DNA of 63,925 nucleotides, the filler included, from Acetivibrio sp. (GTDB lineage: Bacteria; Bacillota; Clostridia; Acetivibrionales; Acetivibrionaceae): NCBI RefSeq assembly GCF_035371925.1. It is 3 parts of 3 records of this genome, joined end to end, with 100 filler letters (N's around TTAATTAATTAA, not from the genome) between each part and the next. Parts side by side here need not be neighbours in the genome. Positions count along the whole stretch, not along the records: positions 1 to 23,842 come from NZ_DAORXT010000042.1; positions 23,943 to 47,287 come from NZ_DAORXT010000043.1; 1 more part is not named here. One strand, given 5' to 3'. The notes beneath the pieces are model-generated. The model was not told the origin of the DNA. It was given only the letters and a program-made list of their open reading frames with translations, and did not search any database. Shown piece after piece: positions 19,054 to 28,699 of this stretch (positions within the stretch are counted from its first letter, which is position 1; each line of letters opens with the position of its first letter). Made by a program: the position numbers and the translations under genes.

Positions 19054-19078
19054 GTTTATAGAGTGTGGGGTGGCGATT

Positions 19079-20407
19079 ATGGTTACATTTAAACTCAATG
19101 ATGAATTTATGTTTGGAACCGCTACTGCTAGTACCCAAATTGAAGGCGGAGATACCGGCAATACATGGTACAAATGGTGTGAAGAAGGGCGTATTAAAGA
19201 TGCAAGCAACTGTATTACCGCCTGTGACCACTGGAACAGGGTTGAGGAGGATACGGAGCTATTGAAGGACCTGGGAGTTCAAACTCACAGGATGAGCCTT
19301 GAGTGGAGCAGGATAGAGCCTTCCCGGGGACAATTTTCCGATGAGGCGATAAAGCATTACAGAGATGAGATTAAGCTTTTATTAGACAACGACATAAAGC
19401 CCCTGGTTACGCTTCATCACTTTTCCGAACCTATCTGGTTTCATGAAATCGGAGGATGGAAGAAGCCGGGCAATGCGGATATTTTTATAGAGTACGTAAA
19501 ATATGTAGTCGAAAATTTGGGTGACCTTGTAAGTGACTGGGTAACCTTTAACGAGCCCAATGTTTATGTTGATTTTGGTTATGTGATAGGTATTTTCCCG
19601 CCGGGGGAGAGAAGCCTGTCAGAAGGACTGAAGGTCACGGCAGAGCTTATAAAGACTCACGTAAAGCTCTATGATTTGATACATAAGATAAGAAGACAAC
19701 GTGAGTTTAAAGGAAGGACAATGGTAGGAACGGCAATGCACCTTCGCATCTTTGACGGAATAAGCTCCACAGGCAAAATGATAGCTAAAGTTGTCGATTA
19801 TCTCTTTAATGAAATGTTTATGGAAGGCATGACATTGGGACGACTGATGTTTCCCCTTTCCAAAAAGGGTGTAAACCATAAAAAAGGCAGGTATGCGGAC
19901 TTTTTGGGTATTAATTATTATACAAGAAATATTGTTGAGTTTGTATTTGACCCGTCCCTTTATTTTCATGAGCTTGTAAACGACAAGGATTTGACAAAGT
20001 CTGACCTTGGATGGGATATATATCCTGAGGGAATATACAAGCTATGCAAGAAGTACTACAATAGATATAGGTTGCCCATTTATATAACCGAGAACGGAAT
20101 AAGCGATAAAAATGACAGCAAGCGGCCGGACTTTATTGCAAATCATTTATCTTATATTTCGAAAGCTGTAAAGGAAGGTATTCCTATAGAACGGTACTAT
20201 TACTGGACACTTATGGATAACTTCGAGTGGCTGGAGGGTGAGTCAACGGATTTTGGCCTTTACGACTGCAATTTCCGCACCCAAGAGAGGACACCCAGGA
20301 AAAGTGCCCGCCTTTATGCACAAATATGCAGAAGAAAAGAATTGACCAAGGAGATGATTGAGGATTTTAAAAAGTATAATGGGACCACTATAAAACCAAT
20401 CCGGTGA
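19079..20407 (+). CDS. Glycoside hydrolase family 1 (beta-glucosidase-like)
   Basis: GTATASTQIEG, RMSLEWSRIEP, TLHHF, TFNEP (acid/base), ITENG (nucleophile), DNFEW; likely ATG 19079 (ORF track start 19070). Confidence 0.95.
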   Translation: MVTFKLNDEFMFGTATASTQIEGGDTGNTWYKWCEEGRIKDASNCITACDHWNRVEEDTELLKDLGVQTHRMSLEWSRIEPSRGQFSDEAIKHYRDEIKLLLDNDIKPLVTLHHFSEPIWFHEIGGWKKPGNADIFIEYVKYVVENLGDLVSDWVTFNEPNVYVDFGYVIGIFPPGERSLSEGLKVTAELIKTHVKLYDLIHKIRRQREFKGRTMVGTAMHLRIFDGISSTGKMIAKVVDYLFNEMFMEGMTLGRLMFPLSKKGVNHKKGRYADFLGINYYTRNIVEFVFDPSLYFHELVNDKDLTKSDLGWDIYPEGIYKLCKKYYNRYRLPIYITENGISDKNDSKRPDFIANHLSYISKAVKEGIPIERYYYWTLMDNFEWLEGESTDFGLYDCNFRTQERTPRKSARLYAQICRRKELTKEMIEDFKKYNGTTIKPIR

Positions 20408-20690
20408 CATATACGGTCAGTATTGCCCCTAATGCTACTATAAAGAGGCTTTTTTCCCTGTAAGCCAGAATTAAAGCGACAGCAGTGCCGCAAACAGCAG
20501 TAATGTAATTATTGGTGGAATTAATAATGTCCGGGAAGGTAAGTGCTCCCAAAACCGCATATGGGACGTATTGCAAAAAGGACTTTATAAAAGTCGACTT
20601 GATTTCCTTCCTAAATACGGCGATGGGCAGTACCCTGGGCAAATATGTAACAAGTGCCATTAATAAAACGGCGATAAAGGCATACATCAC
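20388..20690 (-). CDS. azlD: AzlD family branched-chain amino acid exporter small subunit
   Basis: VTYLPRVLP...FLQYVPYAVLGALTFP; follows azlC with a 4-bp overlap. Confidence 0.85.
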   Translation of the reverse strand: MMYAFIAVLLMALVTYLPRVLPIAVFRKEIKSTFIKSFLQYVPYAVLGALTFPDIINSTNNYITAVCGTAVALILAYREKSLFIVALGAILTVYVTGLVL

Positions 20691-21424
20691 AACTCCTCCT
20701 TGACAGTAGTATTTTCTTCTTTAAAAGGCCAAACAGCAGCTCCAATTCCGGCACCCAGAATCGTGGAAATAATAATGCCAAAACCGCTTGAGATAAAGCT
20801 AAAGAAAGGGATATATTTTAAAGCCAGATTTATTGCAACTGAAATTAGTACAATCATCAAAACCGGCCTGGATTTTTTTGATGGAGGTACAATAATTGCA
20901 ATAAACATACCATACAAGGCAATTCCCATTGCATTGCCGAGGGATTCGGGCAATGCGGAGCTGGTGAAGGCTCCAAGAGCCGTTCCAAAACTCCAGCCGA
21001 AAATGGGTCCTGCAATAAGCCCCAGCATATAGGAGTAGGACAGCTTTTCCTTTTCCATTGAAGCTACTGAAAAGGTCTCGTCGGTTATTCCGAAGCCGAA
21101 AATAAGACGCTGCCAAAGAGTAATTTTTGGGTCGATTTTTTGGGACAGAGAAAGAGACATCAGCATATACCTTATATTTATAACAAAGGTGGTAAGGGCA
21201 ATTTCAATGTAACTTGCACCTTGGATAATCAAATTTGTACCGGCAAACTGTCCTGCACTGGTCAAGTTGGACAGGGAAATAAAGACTGCCATAAGAGGCG
21301 GAAGCCCGCCGCCAACAGCCATAAGACCAAAGGTAAAAGCCACCGGTATATATCCCAGCAGAATCGGTGTGCCTTTTTTAAATCCGTAGACAAAATCATT
21401 TATCTTTGTTTGACCTCTGTTCAT
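20687..21424 (-). CDS. azlC: AzlC family branched-chain amino acid exporter
   Basis: PILLGYIPVAFTFG, SAGQFA, NIRYMLMS, ITDETF, GIALYGMFIAI. Confidence 0.9.
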   Translation of the reverse strand: MNRGQTKINDFVYGFKKGTPILLGYIPVAFTFGLMAVGGGLPPLMAVFISLSNLTSAGQFAGTNLIIQGASYIEIALTTFVINIRYMLMSLSLSQKIDPKITLWQRLIFGFGITDETFSVASMEKEKLSYSYMLGLIAGPIFGWSFGTALGAFTSSALPESLGNAMGIALYGMFIAIIVPPSKKSRPVLMIVLISVAINLALKYIPFFSFISSGFGIIISTILGAGIGAAVWPFKEENTTVKEEL

Positions 21425-21742
21425 AAATACAAACTCCCCAATTATGACCTTTTTAAATTATTTTTAATATGATATTTTATCAAACATTAGAACATTATAA
21501 TATTAATTCGAAAAATTATCCATAGCATTTTTTCATAAAAACCGGATTGAGTTTGAAATATAGGGTTATTCCATCTTGATTCTTCGATATACTTATATTA
21601 AGAACTTATAGATTTTGGGCCAAAACATAATTAAGGCCATTAATTGTGTTATCTTAAAATAGAAGAATAAAAAAGCCTCCCTCAAAAAGGAAGGCTTTTA
21701 TTGACTTACAACATCTATTGATTACAAATCCATTCCGGCATT

Positions 21743-23830
21743 TTAGAAGATAGAATACAGAAGGAACAATGTTGAAAGCAGTGAAGAAACCAGAGACACA
21801 ACTGTAATCTGTGTATTGATGGAAGGACCCGCAGTATCTTTGAATGGGTCTCCCACGGTATCTCCTACAACAGCTGCTTTGTGTGCCGTTGAACCTTTTC
21901 CGCCGCAATTTCCTGCCTCAACATACTTCTTGGAATTATCCCAAAGACCGCCGGCGTTGGACATCAGAAGAGCAAGCAAAAGTCCAGATGCAATATTTCC
22001 AGTCAAAAATCCTCCTATTGCCGATGCACCGCCGATAAAACCTACAAGTATTGTTGAAAGTATAGCAATTACTCCGGCAGGTATCAATTCTTTAAGAGAC
22101 CCTGTGGTAGCGATATCTATACATTTATCATAATCCGGTTTTGCATTTTCTTTTCCTTCTTTAAGTCCGGGGATGGAATCCCATTGGCGGTGAATTTCGG
22201 CAACCATTCTCTGAGCGTTTTTATCCACACCCAGCATCAGCATTGCGGAGAATACTGCGGGAATTGCCACACCCACTATGAGTCCGAAGAATACGGTGGG
22301 GTTCATTATATCAAAGTTTTCGATTCCTTTAAGGCCAAGCTCGGCTGCAGCAGTGTTTACTTCACTCATGAAAGCACCGAGAAGAGATATAACCGTAAGT
22401 CCTGCAGCGCTTATGGAGAATCCCTTTGTTACGGCCTTTACAGTGTTACCGGCTGAATCCAGTTCGTCGGCAATGGCAATTACCTTTTCACCAAAGCCTC
22501 CCATTTCAGCCAGACCGCGGGCATTATCAACAATTGGGCCGTAGGCGTCATTAGAGATAATCATTCCGACGATAGAGAGCATACCAAGGGCCGACATTGA
22601 AATACCGAACATTCCGTAGCCGCTTCCTAAGGGCTCGCAAATATAATAAGATATTAAAGCAGTTATTGCTATACCGATAAGAGAAGGAAGGGTACTTAGC
22701 AATCCGTAGGAAAAACCTGAAAGTATTGTAAAAGCAGGTCCTGACTTTGAAGCGTTTGCAACGGCTTGAACCGGAGGCTTTGCGTCGTTTGTGAAATAGT
22801 CGGAGGTAATACCTATGATGGTTCCGACAATAAGACCTACAGCAGTTGCACCCCATATACGCCATTCAAAGCCAAAGATATAGGTTGACAGAGCAGTAAG
22901 TACGGCAAATATGGCCGTGGTCACATAAGTAGAGCTGTTGAGGGCTTTTCCGGGGTCGCCGTTTTTGCCGATACGAGCCGTGGCTACTCCAATGACGGAA
23001 GACAAGAGTCCTATCGCAGCATAGGCAAAAACCATGGCTACGTTTTTGCTGTCATATCCTCCGAGAGCTGTGGCCATAACCAACGCAGCGGCCATTGATG
23101 CAACGTTGGAGTCGAAGAGGTCTGCACCCATTCCGGCAACATCACCCACGTTGTCACCGACATTGTCGGCTATAACCGCCGGATTTCTCGGGTCATCCTC
23201 TTCAAGACCGAGCTCTACTTTACCTACCAGGTCTGCACTGATGTCCGCAGTTTTTGTAAATATACCGCCTCCCGCTTTTGCAAAGAGGGCCAATGAACTT
23301 GCGCCGAAACTAAAACCGAGAACTGCGCTGGCGTCTCCGACGAGCAATAGAACAAGGGTAACTCCCAAAAGGCTGGTACCGACAACGGCCATACCCATTA
23401 CCGCACCTCCGCGAAATCCCGTCATGAAGGCCGGTTTAACACCTTTTTGGGCGGCTTCGGCAGATTTAATATTTGCAATGGTAGCAATCTGAATACCTAT
23501 TTTTCCGGCCAGTGCTGAAAGAACTGTACCGAAAATATATGCTACAGTCATCCAGATATTACTTGTAAAGCCATGACCCGACCAGATTGGTTTTGGAAGA
23601 AAAATTAGAATCAAAACAGCTACTATTGCGGTAAAACGGGCAAGAACAAGATATTCACGCCTTAAAAAAGTATTGGCACCTTGTCGAATATATTCTCCGA
23701 TTTCAGCAATGCGGGCATTGGATGATGGCTGAGACTTTACCCATGAATACAACCATGCTGCAACACCAAGAGATAGAAGAGATATTATAATTGCAGCAAT
23801 CTGAACCGTTTGAGTAGTAATTTGAATCAT
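21743..23830 (-). CDS. hppA: Membrane-bound cation-translocating pyrophosphatase
   Basis: ADLVGKVE...EDDPRNPAVIADNVGDNVGD, DAYGPIVDNA, GDTVGDPFKDTAGPS; about 16 TM. Confidence 0.96.
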   Translation of the reverse strand: MIQITTQTVQIAAIIISLLSLGVAAWLYSWVKSQPSSNARIAEIGEYIRQGANTFLRREYLVLARFTAIVAVLILIFLPKPIWSGHGFTSNIWMTVAYIFGTVLSALAGKIGIQIATIANIKSAEAAQKGVKPAFMTGFRGGAVMGMAVVGTSLLGVTLVLLLVGDASAVLGFSFGASSLALFAKAGGGIFTKTADISADLVGKVELGLEEDDPRNPAVIADNVGDNVGDVAGMGADLFDSNVASMAAALVMATALGGYDSKNVAMVFAYAAIGLLSSVIGVATARIGKNGDPGKALNSSTYVTTAIFAVLTALSTYIFGFEWRIWGATAVGLIVGTIIGITSDYFTNDAKPPVQAVANASKSGPAFTILSGFSYGLLSTLPSLIGIAITALISYYICEPLGSGYGMFGISMSALGMLSIVGMIISNDAYGPIVDNARGLAEMGGFGEKVIAIADELDSAGNTVKAVTKGFSISAAGLTVISLLGAFMSEVNTAAAELGLKGIENFDIMNPTVFFGLIVGVAIPAVFSAMLMLGVDKNAQRMVAEIHRQWDSIPGLKEGKENAKPDYDKCIDIATTGSLKELIPAGVIAILSTILVGFIGGASAIGGFLTGNIASGLLLALLMSNAGGLWDNSKKYVEAGNCGGKGSTAHKAAVVGDTVGDPFKDTAGPSINTQITVVSLVSSLLSTLFLLYSIF

Positions 23831-23842
23831 TTAGAGACCTCC

Positions 23843-23942
23843 NNNNNNNNNNNNNNNNNNNNNNNNNNNNNNNNNNNNNNNNNNNNTTAATTAATTAANN
23901 NNNNNNNNNNNNNNNNNNNNNNNNNNNNNNNNNNNNNNNNNN
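23843..23942. other. Artificial contig spacer (44 N + TTAATTAATTAA + 44 N)
   Basis: Six-frame stop linker embedded in Ns; identical in structure to the second spacer. Confidence 0.97.
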
Positions 23943-24042
23943 ATATTATAGACTATTTATAATAATTATTAAAGATTACCAATACATAATAAAACCTCGG
24001 GGACATAGAGCCCCTTTTTTTTCCTCCCATTTCGTTCTAAAC

Positions 24043-24081
24043 GCAAAATAAGTAATCGGGCAGCCTTGCATGCCCGATTAC
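24043..24081 (-). terminator. Intrinsic terminator of sleB-ypeB
   Basis: Perfect 11-bp stem GTAATCGGGCA / TGCCCGATTAC followed by TTATTTTG on the minus strand. Confidence 0.75.
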
Positions 24082-24110
24082 CGTATACGAAGAATCGATT
24101 ATATTAAGCT

Positions 24111-25505
24111 TTACATTGTCAAAACTCCATTGGGTGTATCAATTATCATAAGGATGTTCTCCTCTTTACCGGTTTCGGCATTGATATAGACAAGGAAATC
24201 CTTGTCATTAAGCTTTCCCTTGAATTCATAAGTGTATAACTCCGTCTTGTAGTCGGTAGGTATTATTGCCAATCCTGAGCTTAAAACCTCCATCCTGGAC
24301 GAAATTTTTGACCTGGCCTCTTCCGAAGTAAGCTTTGGATCCGGAATATTTCTTTCTATGTGATTGGAAAGGTAACCTTTGCTCTCAAAGCCAATTATTT
24401 CACCATTATCCAATGCAATTTTTACTTTTATAAGGTCAGGATATACAACCACATCCCCTTGCTTGTAGGCATAGTTTATAACCGCGGTATTGTCCTCTTT
24501 CAAGTAGTAGGTATCAACCATATTCTTGTAACCGTGCTCTTCCAAAAACTTCTTTCCCAGTTCTTTGGCCTGATCAATATTTATGGTTTCTTCCGCCCCA
24601 ATAGGTCTATTGTAAAGCATCCATAAAACATGGCCTCCCTTTTGGGTCACATCCACGGTCGCTGTTTGATCCTCGGGTACATTATTAAACTTAACCCTGT
24701 AGCTATAGGTTTTTATGGTTGTAGCATCGTTTCTTCCGGTATCCTCCACAGCACTTACTCTGTCTTTGCCAAAGAATTCCATAACCTTCTGCTTTGCCTC
24801 TTCCGGGTTCATTTCATTCCCTGTAAGTCCTTTAGGTTCGCTCATAGTCATGTGGTCTGAAAAAGGACCGTCATAAATCAAAGTGGGATAATCCTGGAAA
24901 GTCTTGTCTATATTTTCAAACTGCTCCATCTGCAAGTTCTGGGAGGTTTTCTGAAACAACGGAGTACCTTTATTTGCAAGTTCGCCCCACTTTATTCTTC
25001 CTGCTGAAAGCTGATTCTGAAGGTCATTTAAGCTTTGCTCCAATGACACGGAAAAACCGTGAAGCTGCTCAATAAGTTTATACTGCTCCTCAGTCAAGCC
25101 TTTGCCCGACATATTCTGGTTGTTTATCGAATAAGCCAAATTACCCACCTGAGTCAAGAATTTCGATGTATTGGCCAATACATCCGGAGTTATGGGCAGC
25201 TGTCCCAAATTACTTTGGGCAAGGTTTGACTGTCTCCATGCTTCTTGCATGGTCTGTGCCGTCTTCTCCGGGCTGTTGCTGATAAGAGATTTTAGCAGCA
25301 GCACCTCAACATTGTTCACATAACCAACCATCTCATAAAAAGCGCGGTTATATTGGTTATCAAGTTCCTGCCTTAGATCTGCCGCATGCTTGTATTGATA
25401 GAAACCCCACATTGCTACGGCAGCAATTGCCACAACTACAATACTGTACATTTTTCTGTCGGATAGTCTTCTTTTAAAATCCAGTAGTTTCTCCCTGATA
25501 CTCAA
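24111..25505 (-). CDS. ypeB: Germination protein YpeB
   Basis: LDNQYNRAFYEMV, YPTLIYDGPFSDH, C-terminal PepSY-like repeats, FLVYINAETGKEE; downstream of sleB. Confidence 0.95.
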   Translation of the reverse strand: MSIREKLLDFKRRLSDRKMYSIVVVAIAAVAMWGFYQYKHAADLRQELDNQYNRAFYEMVGYVNNVEVLLLKSLISNSPEKTAQTMQEAWRQSNLAQSNLGQLPITPDVLANTSKFLTQVGNLAYSINNQNMSGKGLTEEQYKLIEQLHGFSVSLEQSLNDLQNQLSAGRIKWGELANKGTPLFQKTSQNLQMEQFENIDKTFQDYPTLIYDGPFSDHMTMSEPKGLTGNEMNPEEAKQKVMEFFGKDRVSAVEDTGRNDATTIKTYSYRVKFNNVPEDQTATVDVTQKGGHVLWMLYNRPIGAEETINIDQAKELGKKFLEEHGYKNMVDTYYLKEDNTAVINYAYKQGDVVVYPDLIKVKIALDNGEIIGFESKGYLSNHIERNIPDPKLTSEEARSKISSRMEVLSSGLAIIPTDYKTELYTYEFKGKLNDKDFLVYINAETGKEENILMIIDTPNGVLTM

Positions 25506-25537
25506 AAAGGCTGCACCTCCTGTTTATATGCTAAAAA

Positions 25538-26233
25538 TTATATTCCGAAATTATGCTTTCCGATTTTAGTAACTATTTTTCTACTCCATATCCATTTACT
25601 GGTAGCAGTTGCCGGATTCCAGTAGTATATGCATCCATTTGTGGGATCCCAACCGCTTAATGCATCTCTTGCAGCTTTTACAACAGTTGAATTGGGGTCA
25701 ATAGGCACATTTATCTGACCGTCGGAAACCGCTGTAAACGCTCCCGGTTGGTATATAACCCCCGCTATAGTTTTGGGGAATCTCGGGTCCTTTGTCCTGT
25801 TTATAATGACTGCGCCCACTGCTACCTGTCCCTCGTAGGGTTCTCCTCTGGCTTCTCCGTTAATCGCCCTTGCCAGAAGCTGTTCATCGCTTATGCGGCT
25901 TGACTGGGCATAGACCTCACCCCATCGTGAAAGAGTGGTAAGCCCCATTGCAGACAGGGTGTTTTCTTCTGCTATACCGGTTACAGGCAAATTATATGTC
26001 TTTTGAAAATCTCTTACCGCTAGATATGTTTTAAAGTCATATATTCCCGTTATTTGACCGTCATAATACTCCCAGTTCTTAAGTCTTTGCTGCAGCTTCA
26101 TGACATCCTCGCTTTGCATATCGGGAGCAAGTCTGTCGGTAATAGGTGCAATAAAGACCTGCCTATTTAAATACAACGGTATACCAATAGAAAATATAAT
26201 AACAAGAATAAGTATTCTCCTTAACGTCTTCAA
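25538..26233 (-). CDS. sleB: Spore cortex-lytic enzyme SleB
   Basis: Peptidoglycan-binding domain (DVMKLQQRLKNW...FQK) plus Hydrolase_2 (ARAINGEARGEPYEGQVAVGAV). Confidence 0.93.
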   Translation of the reverse strand: MKTLRRILILVIIFSIGIPLYLNRQVFIAPITDRLAPDMQSEDVMKLQQRLKNWEYYDGQITGIYDFKTYLAVRDFQKTYNLPVTGIAEENTLSAMGLTTLSRWGEVYAQSSRISDEQLLARAINGEARGEPYEGQVAVGAVIINRTKDPRFPKTIAGVIYQPGAFTAVSDGQINVPIDPNSTVVKAARDALSGWDPTNGCIYYWNPATATSKWIWSRKIVTKIGKHNFGI

Positions 26234-26465
26234 AACATCCGCTCCTCCTTTAGCTAAAACATTAGCTTAAAGTTGTAAAAAAGTATAACTCTGCATAAGA
26301 CATTGCCATACATTCAAAGATATTTTTTGTTCTATTGCAAAAAATATTCGTAAATTCGCTAAAATCATGTATAACATCATACAAATCCCCAGATAATATC
26401 TAAAAGAAAAGAATTACAGAAAACACAATATGTGTTTTGAATAATTTCAATTTTGAGGTGAACAA

Positions 26466-27629
26466 ATGAATGTTCTTTTTTTGTCAATCTCATTGGGGTC
26501 GGGGCATATTAGGGCGGCTGAAGCTCTGCGCAAGTATATTTTGCTAAAGTACCCCACATCCAAAACCTTGATCGTGGATACTTTCAAATACATAAACCCT
26601 TTGATTCATACGGCTATCGTAGACGGATATCTTAATATTGTAAAATGTGCCCCTCAAATCTACGGAAGCCTTTACAGGATGTCCGAACACGGGAAAAACA
26701 TAGACAGGATGAGCAGGGTAGTAAGCAATCTTATGGCTCCTAAAATCCATAAGCTGATACAAAGCTTCAAACCCTCAATAATCGTGTGCACTCATCCTTT
26801 CCCTCTTCAAATGATTGCATACCTGAAAAAGCATTACAGCCTTGATATACCGGCAATAGCAGTTGTGACCGACTTTGTAAATCACCCATTCTGGTTTCAG
26901 GACAATATTGACGCCTATATTGTGGCCCACGACTACATTAAAAAAGATATGATTGAATGTAAAATTCCCGAAAAACGGATATTTACTTACGGGATTCCAA
27001 TAGCACCGGAATTTCTGAAAAGTACATCCAAAATAGAAGCTAGAAAAAAGCTGTCCTTGAAAAACACTCTGACTGTGCTTCTCATGGGCGGAAGCCTTGG
27101 AATAGGAGATATTGAAATCGTCTTCAAATCCTTTGCTAAATGTAAAAGGGATATTCAAATTATTGCCGTTGCGGGCAAAAACAAAACCCTTGAAAAAAGG
27201 CTTAACAATCTTGCCGCTTCCTTTTCCATGCCCGTAAAAATTTTCGGTTATACGGATAACATTCCCATGCTTATGGATGCGGCAGACCTTATTGTCACCA
27301 AACCCGGAGGAATGACAATATCCGAAGCCTTGGCAAAAAAGCTTCCTGCACTTATAATCTCCCCCATCCCCGGGCAAGAGGAAAGAAATGAACAGTTCCT
27401 TATAAACAGCGGTGCTGCAGTGCGGATTTATAAAAATACAAATATTGACAGTCTCTTGTGCCAAGTTTATGACAACAGATTAAGGTACAAGCAAATGAAA
27501 GAAATAGCCGGAGCCCTTGCAAAGCCCGACGCCGGCAACAATATTTTATGTCTTATTGAGAAACTTGTCAGCGACAATGAAAAAGGCTATTCAAATATTC
27601 GTTTAATGCCCTTTAACCTTTTAATGTAA
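26466..27629 (+). CDS. MGDG synthase / UgtP-like diacylglycerol glycosyltransferase (GT28)
   Basis: SLGSGHIRAAEAL, CTHPFP, GIPI, MGGSLG, TKPGGMTISEA, PGQEERN. Confidence 0.9.
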   Translation: MNVLFLSISLGSGHIRAAEALRKYILLKYPTSKTLIVDTFKYINPLIHTAIVDGYLNIVKCAPQIYGSLYRMSEHGKNIDRMSRVVSNLMAPKIHKLIQSFKPSIIVCTHPFPLQMIAYLKKHYSLDIPAIAVVTDFVNHPFWFQDNIDAYIVAHDYIKKDMIECKIPEKRIFTYGIPIAPEFLKSTSKIEARKKLSLKNTLTVLLMGGSLGIGDIEIVFKSFAKCKRDIQIIAVAGKNKTLEKRLNNLAASFSMPVKIFGYTDNIPMLMDAADLIVTKPGGMTISEALAKKLPALIISPIPGQEERNEQFLINSGAAVRIYKNTNIDSLLCQVYDNRLRYKQMKEIAGALAKPDAGNNILCLIEKLVSDNEKGYSNIRLMPFNLLM

Positions 27630-28624
27630 TATTCCGTATTAACATCGGTTTCGATGACCAATCCCTTTGATTTCGCCGCATGCACAAACTTGCCTTCTCC
27701 GACATAAATCCCCACATGGGATACATCTTTAAGCTCTTGATTGGAGCTGAAAAAGAGCAAATCCCCAACTTTAAGCTCATCCACGCTTCCAACTTCCGTT
27801 TTTATAAACTCAAATTGCATGTCGGCATCTCTAGGGAGGTTCACCCCGTTTATTCTGCTGCAAATATACACAAGACCCGAGCAGTCAATACCTTCCCAGC
27901 TGCTGACTCCTCCCCACAAATACGGTGTACCCTTGAACTTATTCACAGTAGCTACAAAATCCTGTGCGGATGTAGCCGGTATCAAGCTTCCCGACGGAAC
28001 CTTTATCGTATCTTTTGTATCAATCCATCCCGTAACTCCCCCGGGCAAAGCAACCTCATAATAGCGGTCTTTTTTCCCTTTTATAAAAAGCTCCGTTCCC
28101 ATGACCACATCCTTCAGCGTGACTCCTCCACCCGCCGAAGAATTAACTTTCTTTGTCTTTCCCGTAATTACAGCCCTGTCGGTATAATTTTCCTCCATGA
28201 TGCTTGTACAATCTCTGTCAATGAACTTTGACTTAAGCCACCCGGTATATCCGTCCACAACTTTTACCTTGGTCCAGGTACCCTTTTCCTCAATCACGTC
28301 AACAGGCTGGTTAAAAATGGCCTGGGTTACCCTCTCCGAATTTATATCAGGCTCGCGGAAAATATCAACCACTGTTTCCAATACGACCGCCTTGTTTTTG
28401 TATTTGCTTTCTATATCCAAAATTGGGCCGTTGCCGTTTCCGGACTTTGCAGCACTTGGTTTTGAAATATCTCCCTTAGAACCGTCATCACCATTGGGTA
28501 TGTTGGTACTCGCTGTTTGAGAAACTTTCCCGCAGCTGCAGGCAAACAGACCATATACCCCTATAATCGCAACAAACAATAATATCTTTTTCATCCCTGC
28601 ACATTTCACAAACATCTTTTTCAT
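27587..28624 (-). CDS. NlpC/P60 (C40) cell wall peptidase with SH3 domains, probable lipoprotein
   Basis: GTPYLWGG...GIDCSGLV, HVGIY, HAA catalytic triad; SH3-like WTKVKVVDGYTGW; lipobox-like LFAC. Confidence 0.92.
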   Translation of the reverse strand: MKKMFVKCAGMKKILLFVAIIGVYGLFACSCGKVSQTASTNIPNGDDGSKGDISKPSAAKSGNGNGPILDIESKYKNKAVVLETVVDIFREPDINSERVTQAIFNQPVDVIEEKGTWTKVKVVDGYTGWLKSKFIDRDCTSIMEENYTDRAVITGKTKKVNSSAGGGVTLKDVVMGTELFIKGKKDRYYEVALPGGVTGWIDTKDTIKVPSGSLIPATSAQDFVATVNKFKGTPYLWGGVSSWEGIDCSGLVYICSRINGVNLPRDADMQFEFIKTEVGSVDELKVGDLLFFSSNQELKDVSHVGIYVGEGKFVHAAKSKGLVIETDVNTEYYIKRLKGIKRIFE

Positions 28625-28699
28625 TAACCCCCTGATTGCAAAATAAAAACAGCATTACCAAAAATAAATACGTGTAAATATATAAACTTTTCAAAGACT

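Noticed and set aside
23887..23898. TTAATTAATTAA palindrome, present twice
   Set aside because: It is centred in N runs of identical length: an assembly linker, not biology.
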